A DNA stretch of 64,000 nucleotides. It comes from Cercozoa sp. M6MM. Its lineage: Eukaryota; Protista; Endomyxa: Ascetosporea. This document shows, in pieces, positions 1 to 12,763 of the stretch. The stretch lies in NCBI GenBank assembly GCA_040357565.1, contig JBDODJ010000038.1; one strand, given 5' to 3'. How positions within the stretch are numbered: position 1 is the stretch's first letter; each line of letters opens with the position of its first letter. The translations under genes and the position numbers were made by a program. The notes under the pieces were generated by a model. The model searched no databases, was not told the DNA's origin, and saw only the letters and a list, made by a program, of their open reading frames with translations.

Positions 1-737
1 ACACACGTCAGAAACCCCTGGAAACATATCAGGAACTCAAACAAACTCCTCAAAATAGCCAAAGAGCGCAAACTCAGCATCGCAGACATCCGCACACTTT
101 CAAGATTCCTCTGCAACAGACTTGGAAGCTTCAAGTACTACAACTATGCCCAAATACCGCGAAAGTGCAATGAATGCAATGCCAGAGGCAGACTCAGGAC
201 TCCCAACTGCAAGGGATGCAAACAACGACTACAAAAACGGGAAGTAAGCGAGTGCCCCGACTGCGCGGGTACCTGGGAAAATGCAGAAGACACTCTCGAC
301 ACGTACCACCGATTGCTGGAATGCAAGGTAACGGAAGCTATCAGAAACAACACCAATGCGGCTCAGTGGCGCACAATTGAAGACATACTGGCCAACCCTG
401 AGAACCTAGCAACTCTCAACAGAATGCTAGACTAGGCCACCACTCATAGCAGTGGTGGCCCTAAGTCTATGTCCGTTTGTTTGTTTTGTTTAGGTATCGA
501 GTGGAGAGACGGGAGGACGTCGACGGGACGACCCGACGCCGCCTGCGACGCCTCTCTACTTGTAGCCCGCTACCTGTACCAACCATGAAGTCGACTTCGG
601 TGTCTGGGGAACGTCAAAAGGGGAGTTGTCTGGTCCTACCCTAAGCGGGCGGTAGACGCGGCCATGCTCTTATGACCCACCCCAGACTGGTGCAAGGGAA
701 CTACATCGTTGGTTTCCTAGAAGACTCAACTAACTAT
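1..737 (+). mobile_element. 3' end of a non-LTR retrotransposon (LINE): C-terminus of the ORF (1-435), 3' UTR and (AACT)n tail
   Basis: Frame 1 is open and intronless from base 1 to TAG at 433-435. It encodes ...CNEC...CKGC...CPDCAGTWENAEDTLDTYHRLLEC..., a CCHC-type zinc knuckle typical of LINE ORF2 C-termini. A ~300-nt UTR follows, ending GGTTTCCTAGAAGACTCAACTAACTA, and it is repeated elsewhere in the window. Confidence 0.8.
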
Positions 738-1026
738 CTTGATAAGTTCAGTGACTACAACTTACTAGGTGTTACCAGCGAGCGCTCATCACCCCCCCCC
801 CCAGGACAGAGTATTTTTCTGGACCGTCCTTGTTACCGCATGATCTACTGTATCCTGACCTACTAAAAACATCTGACGGGTGACTTTCCCGTCCATTAGT
901 GCTTTGCGCCCAACTGAACCGTTGGGGTAACTCAAGAACAGATTTTCTTACGTTTCATAGTTTTTTTGTATCACTGGCAAAGTACCCTCAATTCATTAAG
1001 GCCTGATCCCTATCTGAGGGCTTCGT

Positions 1027-1863
1027 TCAGTTGTCGACTGCTTGGTCTTGTTGTTGCGCTCGTTGTTGCTGCTGCTGCCGGACCAGAGCCTCACGCTGCT
1101 GTGTGTCTGTCAAAAAGGAAATTCTCGCACAACTGTGTATGAGGTAAGCGATTGATGATAAATTTACATTTGTTCAATGAAGCAGCGATGACACTCCGTA
1201 GAGTTGTTTTGTCCAGCTCAGGGTCAACCTCAAACGAGGCCTCGCCCAAAAGCTGATCGTCGAGTTCCTCTGCACACATTTTAAGTAAACTTACATTCGA
1301 TTACAACGTTTGGGGAAGCTGGGAAAACAAAAACCCTGCTCTTCGTCTGGGCGAGGGCGCTTGACGCCAATACTTACTTGGAGAGGACTCGCACGAAGCC
1401 CGATGATCGTCGCCACTGCATTTGTGAGTGCACAACTGTCATCCTCACCGCGCTTGCACGACTAAATTGCCAACAAAGTGGTGGCGCTTTGTTCGCAATA
1501 TTGAAAGGAAATTACCAGAATTGTGTCCTCTAATTCTTCAATTTTGCCCTGGAGCTGCACTTTTTCTTGAATAAGCTGCTTTTTTTCGTCGAGAAGCCGC
1601 TTGTTTTCGTCGAGAAGCCGCTTGTTTTCGTCGACGAGCACCAGATTTTCGGCGACGAGCTGCCGCTTCTCCTGGCGAGCTGCTTTTGTTTGGCTGTATT
1701 GGTATGCAGCCGTTTCGAGCAAAGAGCTGCGCTCTTGACGTTGCAGCGAACGCAAAAACTCTTGTTCAAGGTCCACGACTTGCACTGCAACAACTCACTG
1801 CTGGATGACTGAATCAAAGAAAAAACCATCGACAACGAAAAAAACACCCTCGGGGTTGTCCAT
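1027..1863 (-). CDS. small spliced coiled-coil protein of unknown function
   Basis: Manual model MDNPE|VQVVDLEQEFL...DENKRLLDENKRLLDEKKQL...QQQQRAQQQDQAVDN* with GT-AG introns and a 21-bp internal repeat. Confidence 0.55.
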
Positions 1864-1998
1864 CTCTCGCTATACTTGGACAAATGCCCTAAGCAATGCC
1901 TCACAGCGATTGACTCAACACTCCAAGTACTGAAAAAAGGGGTGGGGATTCGGGTTTTGTCCTGTCTGTGATTCGGGTTTTGTTCAGTAGCCAGCAGC

Positions 1999-2295
1999 TA
2001 TAGTTAATTAGTTCAGTCTCCGAAGAAACCAACTATGTAGTTCCCCTGTACCAGTACCAGTCTTGGGGCACAAGCGCATGGCCGTAGTCCGTCCCCTGCC
2101 TGGATGGGGCCATCCAACTCCCCTTTGAAAGTTCCCCAGTACATCTTCTTCGAGGTTGGTACAGGTGGCGGACTGGGAGTAGAAGTTGTTGGCGTCTCGT
2201 TGTCGTCTGTTGAGCCATCTCGTCGCCTGTTACTCCTCCCACCGCCTAATTAAACACGCACAGACAAAACATAGAAACTTGGGTGGTGGCCGACG
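1999..2295 (-). mobile_element. truncated, diverged copy of the LINE 3' UTR and tail
   Basis: The reverse complement aligns with ~440-737 (shared ACCTGTACCAACC, CTGGGGAAC..AAAGGGGAGTTG, GGCCATGC, GGGAACTACAT.GTTGGTTTC and an AACTA tail). Confidence 0.85.
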
Positions 2296-2517
2296 CTGTT
2301 GTGTTGTACTCAATTATCTATAACTTACTGCCGTGCATAGAACCCGCAGATTAATACGCGCACCGCACGGTATACTACGTATGGGTCGAGTCAGCTTGAA
2401 TTTTGACCGCACGCTGCACACAAGGCGAATCACTCGCTGCGTCAACGCGCAAGAAGGAACGGATGACGACACGACACGACACGACGAAATGACGACAGGA
2501 ATTAGCGGTGAGGGCAC

Positions 2518-3239
2518 TTAAGACTGGTTGATATCCTTCATCTGCTGCTTGAGCCACCTGCAGACACACATGACAGTCTAGGGTACAGAAAAAACGCAAG
2601 ATTTTTCAAGTTATTGAAAGGTGTACTTGAGTTGCTCGCGCAGTTCCTCGGGCGACATGGCGTCCAGATCGACCGACTTGCGTTTTGTGGCACTTGTTGT
2701 GACTGGTGACACTGCCCCACATCCAACAGACAGTGCACAATCACAGTTCGACTAAACAAGTGTGTTGTTACCTGGTGTCTCTTCCTCATTGATGGACTCG
2801 TTTTCGTCGTCCGGATGTTGTGAGGTCATTCCCGCCAACGAGTGTGGCTGCTGTACAAAGCATGTTAAGTGTTTGTTTGTGCCACAGGACACAGAAAGAG
2901 AAAGAGCATACGGAAGAAATGGGCGGCGAGTGCGACAGCAGCGGCGCCGAGAAGAAAGGCGAGTTGCACTTGGGCACGTCCTCCCAGATGTCGTGCTCCG
3001 AGTCCAGCAGATCGCCAAACACGAGGCCTTGCTTGATGCGATCAAAGACGCGACTGACATGCGCCTGGTCCACGGCAGTGGCCAGATGCACCTGAATGCG
3101 ATCGCCCTGTCCACCGCTGCGAGCCACGATCTGATCGCGAATAAACTCGACGGCGTCCTTGACGGAGCAGCCCTCAAAGTCCGGAAAGCACCGGCGGAAG
3201 TCACTCCGCGGAAACTTCTCTCTGCACGTGCAACAGTGA

Positions 3240-3276
<37 letters not shown>

Positions 3277-4522
3277 GGCCAAAGAAACTACAGGAACAGG
3301 TCGAGCTTGTTGAGGAAGACAACAAAGGGCACATCAGCCAGGTAGCGATTGCGCACGACCTCGTCAAAGAGTGCCAGCGCCTCGTGCATCCGGTTGGTCT
3401 TGCCGTCTTCCCAGCACTTCTGATCGTACCCGCTCAGCGAGATCACAAAGAAGATGCACTGGATCTTCTCAAAGCAGTGGATCCACTGCCCACAAGTAAT
3501 GTCGATAACCATGCAAGATAGAGCACTGTTCAAACTGCAGCTACCTTCTTGCGCTCATTGCGCTGGCCACCGACGTCGTACATGGCGAACTGACGTCCGT
3601 CAATCTCGAGCGATGTCTCTGTAATGCCTGTGCTGCGCATGCGCGTCTGCAGCACATCCTGCTCCGATGGCACGTAGTCCTCCTGTCCGATCGCTTCCAG
3701 TCGACCGAAAAAGTATGGCGCCGAGTCCGGTCTGATCCAGCATGCATCACAATCTACAAAGAATTGAAGAAAACAAGGCTACAGCTGGAATTCGTTGCGA
3801 CGCTCAAAAGTGCGCTGAATGCCGGCGTCCTGCCACAGCTGTGCAATCTTCACCGCTGTGTCCTCGCTGCACAACAAACACATAAGCATACTATTTATAA
3901 TACATAAATGACGAAATACACACATATATAAATAAAAACGTAAGCCGGAGAAAAGCGGTACTTAATCGGCGTATTTGGACGCATCAGAAACACTTTTCGC
4001 TTCACCGATTCAAGTTCGCGTGCGACGCGTGTTTCTGGATCTCCATCCACTCGCGACGACGCGAAACGATCCGAAAACTGAATCTACAAAAACAAAAAAA
4101 CAAAACTGAGAATAAAAACTCAAACGAAAGACGCGAAATACCAGCGTTTGAATTGACTGCAACGTGTTTGCATAGACTGCTTGCGTGTAGTTCTTTCGTT
4201 CCTGCAACAATCATCATTCAAAAACCACACAATATAATCAAAAGCAAGCGTAGTACAGCACGCGAGAAAGCTCGGCCGTAAATAGAAATCAACTGCCGAA
4301 AGATCGTCGACTTGCCGCTTTCGCCGGCACCAAGCATCAAAATCTTGATTTTGTCCGACTCTTGCTTGTGCAGTTGCTGCAGCAACGAGAATTAACACAA
4401 AGCTAAGACTCAAGTCAGTGAACCTCAGCTTGCTCATCGATCTCAGCACTGCGTGTCTTCTGCGCCTTCAATCGCGCCTTTGCTCGCTCGCGCCGAGCGC
4501 GCGTGGATGACTTTTGTCCCAT
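2518..4522 (-). CDS. heterotrimeric G-protein alpha subunit with a C-terminal extension
   Basis: MGQKSS start, [20 protein letters not shown]|WIHCF and FLNKLD. About ten GT-AG introns; the spliced frame stays open to TAA at 2518-2520. Confidence 0.92.
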
Positions 4523-4929
4523 CTCGATCCAAAACTGACTTCAAACCACACTTTTGATCTTTGGCGTCAAGCTCGAGGTTCCAGACGCCTAAAGTTGCTC
4601 CTACAATCCGTAATAGTGAACGCACACTCACACACCGGACAGAACGGGTCCAGAGCTTAAAGCACAACAAGTGAGAAAATACCAGACAATCACGAGCGCC
4701 CTTTGGGAGTCCGCTTGAGCACACAATAATACACTACTAGCACGTGCGTTGAGAGTACCTGCCGCTTGACAATCGTGCGATTTTAGGGTCAAGGTGACCA
4801 ACAGCGATGACCGGGACCCACAGCCCGTTTTCGCGAATTGATCCGAGTCACCAATAACTTGTATCGCCGATTCAGTATATTACAATGATTCACGTACATT
4901 TTAACGGGTTCTACAATGTGATATATCAT

Positions 4930-5025
4930 TAGTTTGTTAGTCGGGTCTTGTATGAAACCAACTGAATAGCTCCCCTGCATCAGTCCGGGGTGGGTCACAA
5001 GAGCATGATCGTGTCCACCGCCGTG
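4930..5025 (-). mobile_element. short 3' fragment of the LINE family
   Basis: The reverse complement CATGCTCTTGTGACCCACCCCGGACTGATGCAGGGGAGCTATTCAGTTGGTTTC...ACTAAC matches 664-736. Confidence 0.8.
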
Positions 5026-5264
5026 AATTAAAGTAATATGCCGCAGCGAACTGACTAAGGGGTAGCAATTAGAACCATAACGACCGGGAACGGAACCGAT
5101 CGATGATGTGTGGTGACTCATCTGTTGCTAGTAGATGCGGGTGGCTTGCCTGTCTCGCGGTTCATAGCGCAAGTGCCGAAAGTACGAAACTGAAAGAGTA
5201 TTACACGCCAGCCGAAAGACATGACTTGCCCTTCACCCTTTGCATGGCTGGTTTCACAACTAAA

Positions 5265-5781
5265 ATGCAACATCGCTTTAGCTTCGTCGTCGTACTGTTT
5301 ATTGCGTGCACGTGGGTGGCAGCGGCTGCAACTTCCAGGTCGATTTGGCGTCTCGTTTCGAATCCTGAAGCCAATTTTTTGGTAGTCGGATTTCAAAGTG
5401 AATGGGCTCAGTTTAGGACTCTATCCCATGTTTGGAGTGCAGAAGGTCGATCGAATGATGGCAGCAGTGCTGTGTGTAACTGCTTCGGCGCGTATCACGG
5501 ACGAAGGGCCAGAAGACTCGCCGCAGTGGAATTACGCACTGTCCGCAGCTAGTGCGCGGTGCAACTCATGCCCCAGTCGCACAGGACTGCAGAGAGCGGT
5601 AAAAATAGCGCTTTTAATTTCGTTTTTCGTCCCAACGGTCAGTTTGTTTTTTCGATCTGGGGTAAAAAGGGAGACAAACTCTCCTCAGCGGAAATTCGAG
5701 TCAAGTCGCTAGAGGAACAACTTTCGTACTTGAGGGTACTGTAACAATATAATACAGGCTCTCTCTCTCTCTCACACACAC

Positions 5782-5831
<50 letters not shown>

Positions 5832-5841
5832 NNNNNNNNNN

Positions 5842-5897
<56 letters not shown>

Positions 5898-8002
5898 CAG
5901 CAACTTTGGTATTTCCGTATGTAAATTTAGCCACTGGCGAGCGGTGCATCTGGCAGACTGTACACGATCAACAACGAGGCACCACTTGTGAGCCTGCTGC
6001 GTGGCGCGTATCACCAGTCGAAAGTTGTACGATCGGGGTCACTAGCGACAGGTGGGATTGGTTCTTTCGATGGCTCTCGAAGCCTACTGTCCCCGCGCGT
6101 ATCGGGCGGGTCACCTCGGTCGTGTCGTCGTCTCGGGACCTTAAACGTTGGATCGCGCGATGAATTGCCAGCCTTGCAAAGCACCGCCAGCGAGGATTCT
6201 CATCTCAACGAAAGCTCGTCGTTGGCGTTAAAACTCGTGCTTCCACGAGCCAGGTAAATACAACGTTTGCTTGGTATTTATTTTAAAGATATTCATTGTT
6301 GAGGTTTAACCATCGAAGCGACGACGGTGAACCAAAACTGTTAGGTCGTCGTCCTAGCGTTCTGAGCGAGTTTAATTTTGTTGTCAAGGCGCACTTTGGC
6401 AGAACGAATCCGCCAGTTGCTTACCCCCGAACTGTACAGTCCTTCCAACCTTTCGGAAAAACAGTTCAAACTCTATCCGTGCATGTGCGAGAAACAGGGT
6501 CTGCGAAATCACGTCAGCATCGAAGCATTGGAGCAGGACGGGTCGGCGGAGATTTCAATGAGTGCGACAGTGTTTACTGCACGACAGGGCGGTGCCAGTG
6601 TTGGTGAACAAGAGGAACTGCAGTGGCACCCACACATTGTGCAGCCTCTCGTCGTGGCCCAGACTGACTTGACCAACACTACTTCGGGTGCTAAAATTCC
6701 GATTTCTGGAGTCGTCATTATGCCGTTAGTTCGCCTTTTCGTCTCTTTTTTTTTGATTTTCCCCTTTAACACAAAAAAACAGAAAGTACGACATGAACAT
6801 GCTGTCGCTCCTGCGGCAAGTCGGAGCGAAATTCGACGCATGGCCGATGCGCTCGCGTCTGCGCTTTCTGACTCAAGTACCCTCCTCTGCTTACCTCCAC
6901 TTTGCTCCTTACCCCTTTTCTCCTTTTACTCTTAACCCTCCTGGCAGCTGGCAGGTGCCCTGGCCCACTCACATAAAAATGGCGTAATTCATCACGACCT
7001 GAAGTGCGAAAACATTGGCGTCCGAGCGCTAAGTCCAGAAATAGGAGACGTAGCGCCGGCGTACTCACCAGTCTTGCTAGACTTTGACCTGGCACAGTCG
7101 AGCGACGACTTGAAACACGTCCGGTCGGGCTCACCGCACTACGCTGCCGTACTTTCGAATTGCGTATAACCTTGATACGCAGCGGTATATTTACCTGGCC
7201 TCAGTGTAGCCTGAGGTTGTGTCGTCCGAGTCCAGTGATGTCCTGTTCGACATCGACGACAGTGCAGCGAGCTTGCTGGATCGAGTGGACGTCTGGTCGT
7301 TTGGGGTGGTCGCCTACGCCACATTGGCAGGGGTAGATTTTCTTCTCCCAGGTTTCTTAAGATTGTATTTTATTGCTTTTGATTCATGACCCTTGGCAGA
7401 GCCTTCCAAAGGGCATGTTGAGACCGAATCACGTGCAGGCGAAAATGTATGACAATGTGACCAAGCGACAGGCCTCAGTCCGCCGACCTGTGCCCAAGAG
7501 AACGAGCATGCTGGAACTGCCTTCTGATGTACGGGCCCGGTGGGTGGGTATCTTGTCGCGTGATTCCGACGACCTCAACGCCACAGGCGTTTGCACTGCT
7601 CTGTCGGCACTGCTGAGCGCGTGCTGTCGATATGGTAACTGCAGAGTGCGAAAGAAGGTTCCTTTTGCAGGGTCAGTGATCTCTTTGTATACAGACGAAA
7701 GGGTACGTCCGAACGCTGCCACTGTGGCGAGCTTTCTCGAGTGGATCGATCGCTACTACTTTGAGAACACGCTGGAAGTCATGCCTTTTGTATCCTCTGT
7801 TCTTTTACCTCTTTCCCTCGCGGCTGCTCTCACTGTACCTCTTTCCCAGGAAGAAGCGCTGCAGCAACTGGAGCCACTCAGCATGAGAGACGAACCAAAG
7901 TCTGCCTCTGCTGGCCTGTCGCTGGACCCTGTGAGGATGTCGAAGCGGTCTCACTCTGAAGAATCTCGCAGAAGGTACAATGCAATCGCTTTGCTCTTGT
8001 AA
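5265..8002 (+). CDS. divergent Ser/Thr protein kinase with an N-terminal signal peptide
   Basis: Hydrophobic leader MQHRFSFVVVLFIACTWVAAAATS. Kinase motifs LALKL, HHDLKCEN (~6989), DFD, GSPHYAA|PE and DVWSFG are joined across GT-AG introns. The 3' end is approximate. Confidence 0.8.
5758..5893. repeat. (CT)n microsatellite with an assembly gap, in a kinase intron
   Basis: Directly visible; 10 N at 5832-5841. Confidence 0.97.
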
Positions 8003-8383
8003 GGGCTGTGCCATTGTAGCGGGTTACGAAAACAGCACCTGGGCCACCGGCTGGATGCGTTTTCGGAGGTCCGCAGTCCAAAGCCGTAAGACAACCTGAG
8101 ACTCCGGCTCTGCAAAGACATGTTCCTTTCGTTTAGTCCAGGAAGCCCGACCAAGATTTTTACAACCAGAACCTGCTAAACCCGACACGGTTCAAGCTTA
8201 GGTGCCCACGTTAATCGAGCTGACTCGGTTTTTACGTCTTAACCGTCTATGAGATGGGATTGAACTAGAGAGCAGTTCGAGCAGCGTGCGTGCAGCTCTA
8301 GCACGTCCTTGTCGTGAGTGCACACGTTCGAGTATCTTAGTGGATCAAAATAGGTCACCCCAATCGAATATCGATGTGACAAT

Positions 8384-10881
8384 TCATGAAGCATTTGGAT
8401 CAGCGGCGATTATTTGACGTGTTTCCTGGCACACACCGTCGAACGAGAGGATGCAGGCAGGCACAACACCAGTGGCCACGTTCGTTCTGCATTTCTTAAA
8501 GTCTGGCGCCTGCGGGAGCACGCCGACTGCACACAGGAGACTCGAAACTCAAACGTTCAAGTCAAAGCAAAAACGAAAGCACCAACATCGACGATTTGAT
8601 CGCGCTTGAGACCGACTTCGTTCTGAGTCAAGAAAATAGAAATTCAAAGACTCAAAGGAGGGGGCTCAGTTGGTACTTTGGAACGCGGAGCAAAGTCGCA
8701 AACGCATCTCGCGTAGCGAAGACGGTTTTGGTCGAGTTCGAGCCATGAGAGCTTTGAAGCATTGGCTTCAACTGAGCAGTCAGGCGACAGTGTGACACGC
8801 GTGAGATAATTCGTTGGCACCAGACCAGCGCTGCCTTGCACAGTTTCGGCCATCCACCAGGCTGCAAACAACAGCAATCAATAGATTCTTTAGAATGGAA
8901 CAATACAGATATTGTGTTAAAAATAAATCATGGATACCACAGGAGGATTCTTCAGGTTTCAAAGGCGACACCAGGCGCACGACTTCGCCAGCGAAAGCTT
9001 CAAGATCGTCTTCATCGCCTTTCCCGAGATCGAAAACAACGATTCCGTAGTCGCCAGCCTTCCACTGTGTCGACTGAAGTCACTCTCAAACAGTACAATT
9101 AGTTTTTAGAAGATTATAGACGTTATAAACCATAGACGTGCGTACGCATATGTACCTTGAGAGAGGACCGTTTGTTTTCAGTGACATCACTGTCCATCAC
9201 ACTGTCCGGAAAGGCTTGGAACTCGGGCAGAGGAACCGTATCGGGCAGTGTGCGCGTGTTCCAACGCAACGTCCATTCGCTCTGTTCCTTTTCGTGACGC
9301 TCTTGTTTCGCAACATCGTCAGCAGCCACACGAGCTTCGGCCTACTTTCAACTCCTCCAACCTGTTATTTAACAAGATGAGACACTCCTTTCTACCAACG
9401 GAATGTTGCCGTCATTGTCGGGACACGGTTCGTATCGCACATAGTCCTAACTCAGCAAGCGGTATATGATAAAAACAATACAAAAAGTTGTGCATACAGG
9501 TCGCGACAACGACGACTGGTTCAAGTGAACGTAGCGGAAGATGTCTTTTTCGCGGTTCGCTCGTTCACGCAAACCGCGTTGAATTAACATGGCGTTTTGC
9601 AGCGCATTCGCCTGCATAAAGTTTCAAAAGATAGAACACAAGCAAACACAAGCAAACACAAACAAACGTACATGGAGCGAATACAGCGCATGTGCAGTGC
9701 CATCGCCAGCACGCAGAAGTGCATTCAGTCGCTCGCGCTCCATCGTTTCCATCTGCCGGAGTCCTTCCTCACTGGGACAAACATTAAACAACAAAGGGCC
9801 TTATTGATTTAAAAATCAACACACGTAATCTCATCAAGTTTCTGCTGTGCAACACGGAGGTCTTCCACAGCATCGGCGTATGACTGTTTGGCTGAACGCA
9901 CGTCCTGCAAACGACACAATAAACAACAAGACACAAGCAACAACGAAAGAAGAATCCACCTTGACAATGTTGGCGAGTTTTTTCTCCAGTTTTTGCAACA
10001 ATCGCTCGTCGAACTCGAGCGAACGGCGCAGTTCATCGCTACGAAAATGCTCTGCTTTTGATGTAAACTAACTCAACCAATGTTTACCGTTCCTGAATGG
10101 TGCGATCGCGTTGCTCCACGAGCCGCAGATACTTGCTTCGTGCCTGATTAAAAAAGCTCAGTCAGCATTTCAATAAAGAAACGTCAAAAGAAAGATACAG
10201 CTTCGTGTTTCGATGTACATTTGCTCACTTCCGAAGTTTGACCTGGCATAAAATGTAAGCAACAGCAATATCGAAAAGCAGCAAGATCAGTACTTGAGTG
10301 TTTCTTCTTCAAAAGATTGCGATTTTCTTTCATGTTTCGCGAGAGCTCTTCGAATTCGTTCACAGCGATTTGACGGCATTTTTCGCCGAACTGCGTGAGG
10401 AAAATTAACGTGATTTCGCAGCAAAAGCAGCCAAGTACCTCTTCGTGCTCTTTCGCGACACTTTCGGTACTGTTGCGAATGTCATCGATCAATGACGACA
10501 CAGTGGAGGCTGCAATAAGTAAAACAGGTACAGACTTGGAGTTGCAACCTATGAGAACAAGAGTACGCGATTTGATGCCGACGCTCTCCATTTGTGACGC
10601 GAGTTTGCGCAGTGCACGTGCGTACTGCTTCTCAATGTCAGCACGCTTGCCTGTTTCACAAGCCAATCCAGTCAATACACATGGCTCAAAGAAAGAATGC
10701 ACGCATGAACTCGTCGAGGTGCTTGATGTCATGGCGACCGTCAGACAGGTGCTCCGCCACCTCTTCGAACTTGTCTGCACATTGCCAACAGACAAAGGAC
10801 ATTGCCAATTATCGTCTTGGATGGTCGGATGGTGCAAAACTAACCCCATAGATCGTCATGATAAGTCAACTGCTCCGTCAT
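8384..10881 (-). CDS. F-BAR (FCH) protein with two C-terminal SH3 domains
   Basis: FCH start MTEQLTYHDDLW|DKFEEV...FMRKRADIEKQYARAL, coiled coil, first SH3 WWMAE...GLVPTNYL, second SH3 YARCVCDF...GVVPA. Confidence 0.85.
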
Positions 10882-11195
10882 CACCGCAGTCTACACGCCA
10901 ACCAACAGCCTTGCGTCTCTGCGTAGAGTGCATTTCGCTTTGTTCGTTTTCTGAGCCAGAAGAAAATACAAATTTTAGTGCTTTTGTACTGCTTTGATCC
11001 CATAGACGCGGAGCGCGTTTTTTGGCCTTCTGTTACCCAAGCAAGCCGTGTCTGCGTGTCTACTGCTTTTGTTGACAACCTAGCGAGGTACTAAGTGCCG
11101 TTCGTCCTGAATTGTTTTGTCGGGTGCTCTGCTGTGTTCTTTTTCTTTTTGTTTTGTTCGATTTCACCGGTTTTGTGTTTACTGCAACGCAGAAG

Positions 11196-11710
11196 ATGCC
11201 GCATCCGGGTGTTGGTGTGCCGATCAAGCTGCTCCACGAGGCCGAGGGCCAGATCATCACGGCTGAGGTGCGTTGCTGTGAGCGTTTCTTGAGGTCATGT
11301 TGTTTTGAACACAATGTTTGCTGGGACAGATGACGACGGGCGAGACGTACCGTGGTCACCTCCAGGGCACGGAGGACTCGATGAACCTGCGTCTCGTCAA
11401 TGTGACGATGACGGCGCGAGATGGCTCGCATCACAAGCTGCAGCACGTCTACCTGCGCGGTGGCAACGGTACATATCAACATAGCCTTTTGCCATTTTCT
11501 ACATAACTTTGTCAAGTATGACCGTCTGGCTTGTACAGTGCGCTTCATTGTGATGCCTGACATGCTCAAGCACTCGCCGATGTTCCGCAACTGCGATCCC
11601 AAGCAGCCCAAGAGTACGTTTTCTCCCTCCGTGTTTATGCGAGTGCTTTATTTTTGCTTTCTGCAGTCGTGGGCCTCGGCCGCGGTAACCACATGCCGGG
11701 CAACCGTTAA
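11196..11710 (+). CDS. SNRPD3: small nuclear ribonucleoprotein Sm D3
   Basis: GVPIKLLHEAEGQIITAE|MTTGETYRG...VYLRGG..VRFIVMPDMLKHSPMF; three GT-AG introns. Confidence 0.97.
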
Positions 11711-11915
11711 GAAACGAAAGTGCCTCACCCGTGCGCGATACGATAGTTTTCAGTTAGTAGGGTGCTATGAGACGTTAGTTCTAGCTAGAAATGAGGGAAC
11801 AGTGATTTTCAGTCGGCTACAGCAGGGAGCCACCCCTGCAGCAAGACAAGCGAGAAAAGTACAAAAAGAATCGTTTCAGACAAGGGTAGGTTTATGGTTT
11901 TCGTTTGCAGGGTCA

Positions 11916-12763
11916 TTAGTACATGTCGCTCGACTGCGAGGAGCCAAGTGTCGCCACACCGTAGCACACTGGGCATAAAAGTTGTGACAGGGGTAGCACA
12001 CAAGCAAACAGGCTGAGAGTTGGTACACAAGAAGCTCGCGAAAGAGCCGCAAACAAAACCTGCGAGAGCAAGGAGAAAGTACAACAGATGCGGTAGGTAA
12101 AGAGGAGGAGAGAAAACAGCTACCAAAAGCAGTGCCCGAGATGAGTGACACGTGCAACATGATGAGCGGAATGCCGATGATGGAGACACCGAGCATGCCC
12201 AGGAAGAATTCGACTGTTTGCTGCAGACCGTTGCTCTTTCTGTTATGATTGAAAAGCAAGTAAAACATCTCTTCTTATCGAGCACAATGTGCCAAGAACT
12301 TACTGCTCTGCTCCGAACGGGTCGTTGCCGCCCGTCGATCCAAACAGAGCCTTCGCCAAAACAATAAAGACTGACGGACAGGTCAGAAGCTTTCAGCTTG
12401 ACTTTCGGTACCTGGATGGCGGCAACAGCGAGCGCCGGCACCAGTGTGAACATGATGTACCAGTCTGCACACAAACACTCTCAAACTACCCTTCATAATG
12501 GCACACAACACTCCAGTTTACCAGAGGAGCCGCCCACCGCGCCGCCCAAAATGAGCAGCAAAACACCGGCCGCCAGGAAGAAGCCAGCGACGCCCAACTT
12601 CACGCCGATCGACACTTTGAAGCAAAAAACAATTCCATCAAATGTATCAAGCACACAACAAACAAAGAAATGCAAAAGGTGGAGAATTGGCCAAACGAGC
12701 AGAAATCTCGCGAGAGCTATCAGCTATTCCTTCTCAAGAAAGGCACAACATACACTGAACCAT
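11916..12763 (-). CDS. VPS55: Vps55/LEPROT-family four-TM protein
   Basis: GFFLAAGVLLLILGGAV...WYIMF...EFFLGMLGVSIIGIPLIMLHVSLI follows the Vps55 pattern. The start codon is tentative. Confidence 0.7.

Noticed and set aside
672-866. Recurrent peptide THP..VQGNYIVGFLEDSTN (also at 4789-5121 and 29768-29977)
   Set aside because: It is an incidental translation of the non-coding LINE 3' UTR, and the flanking frames are not conserved.
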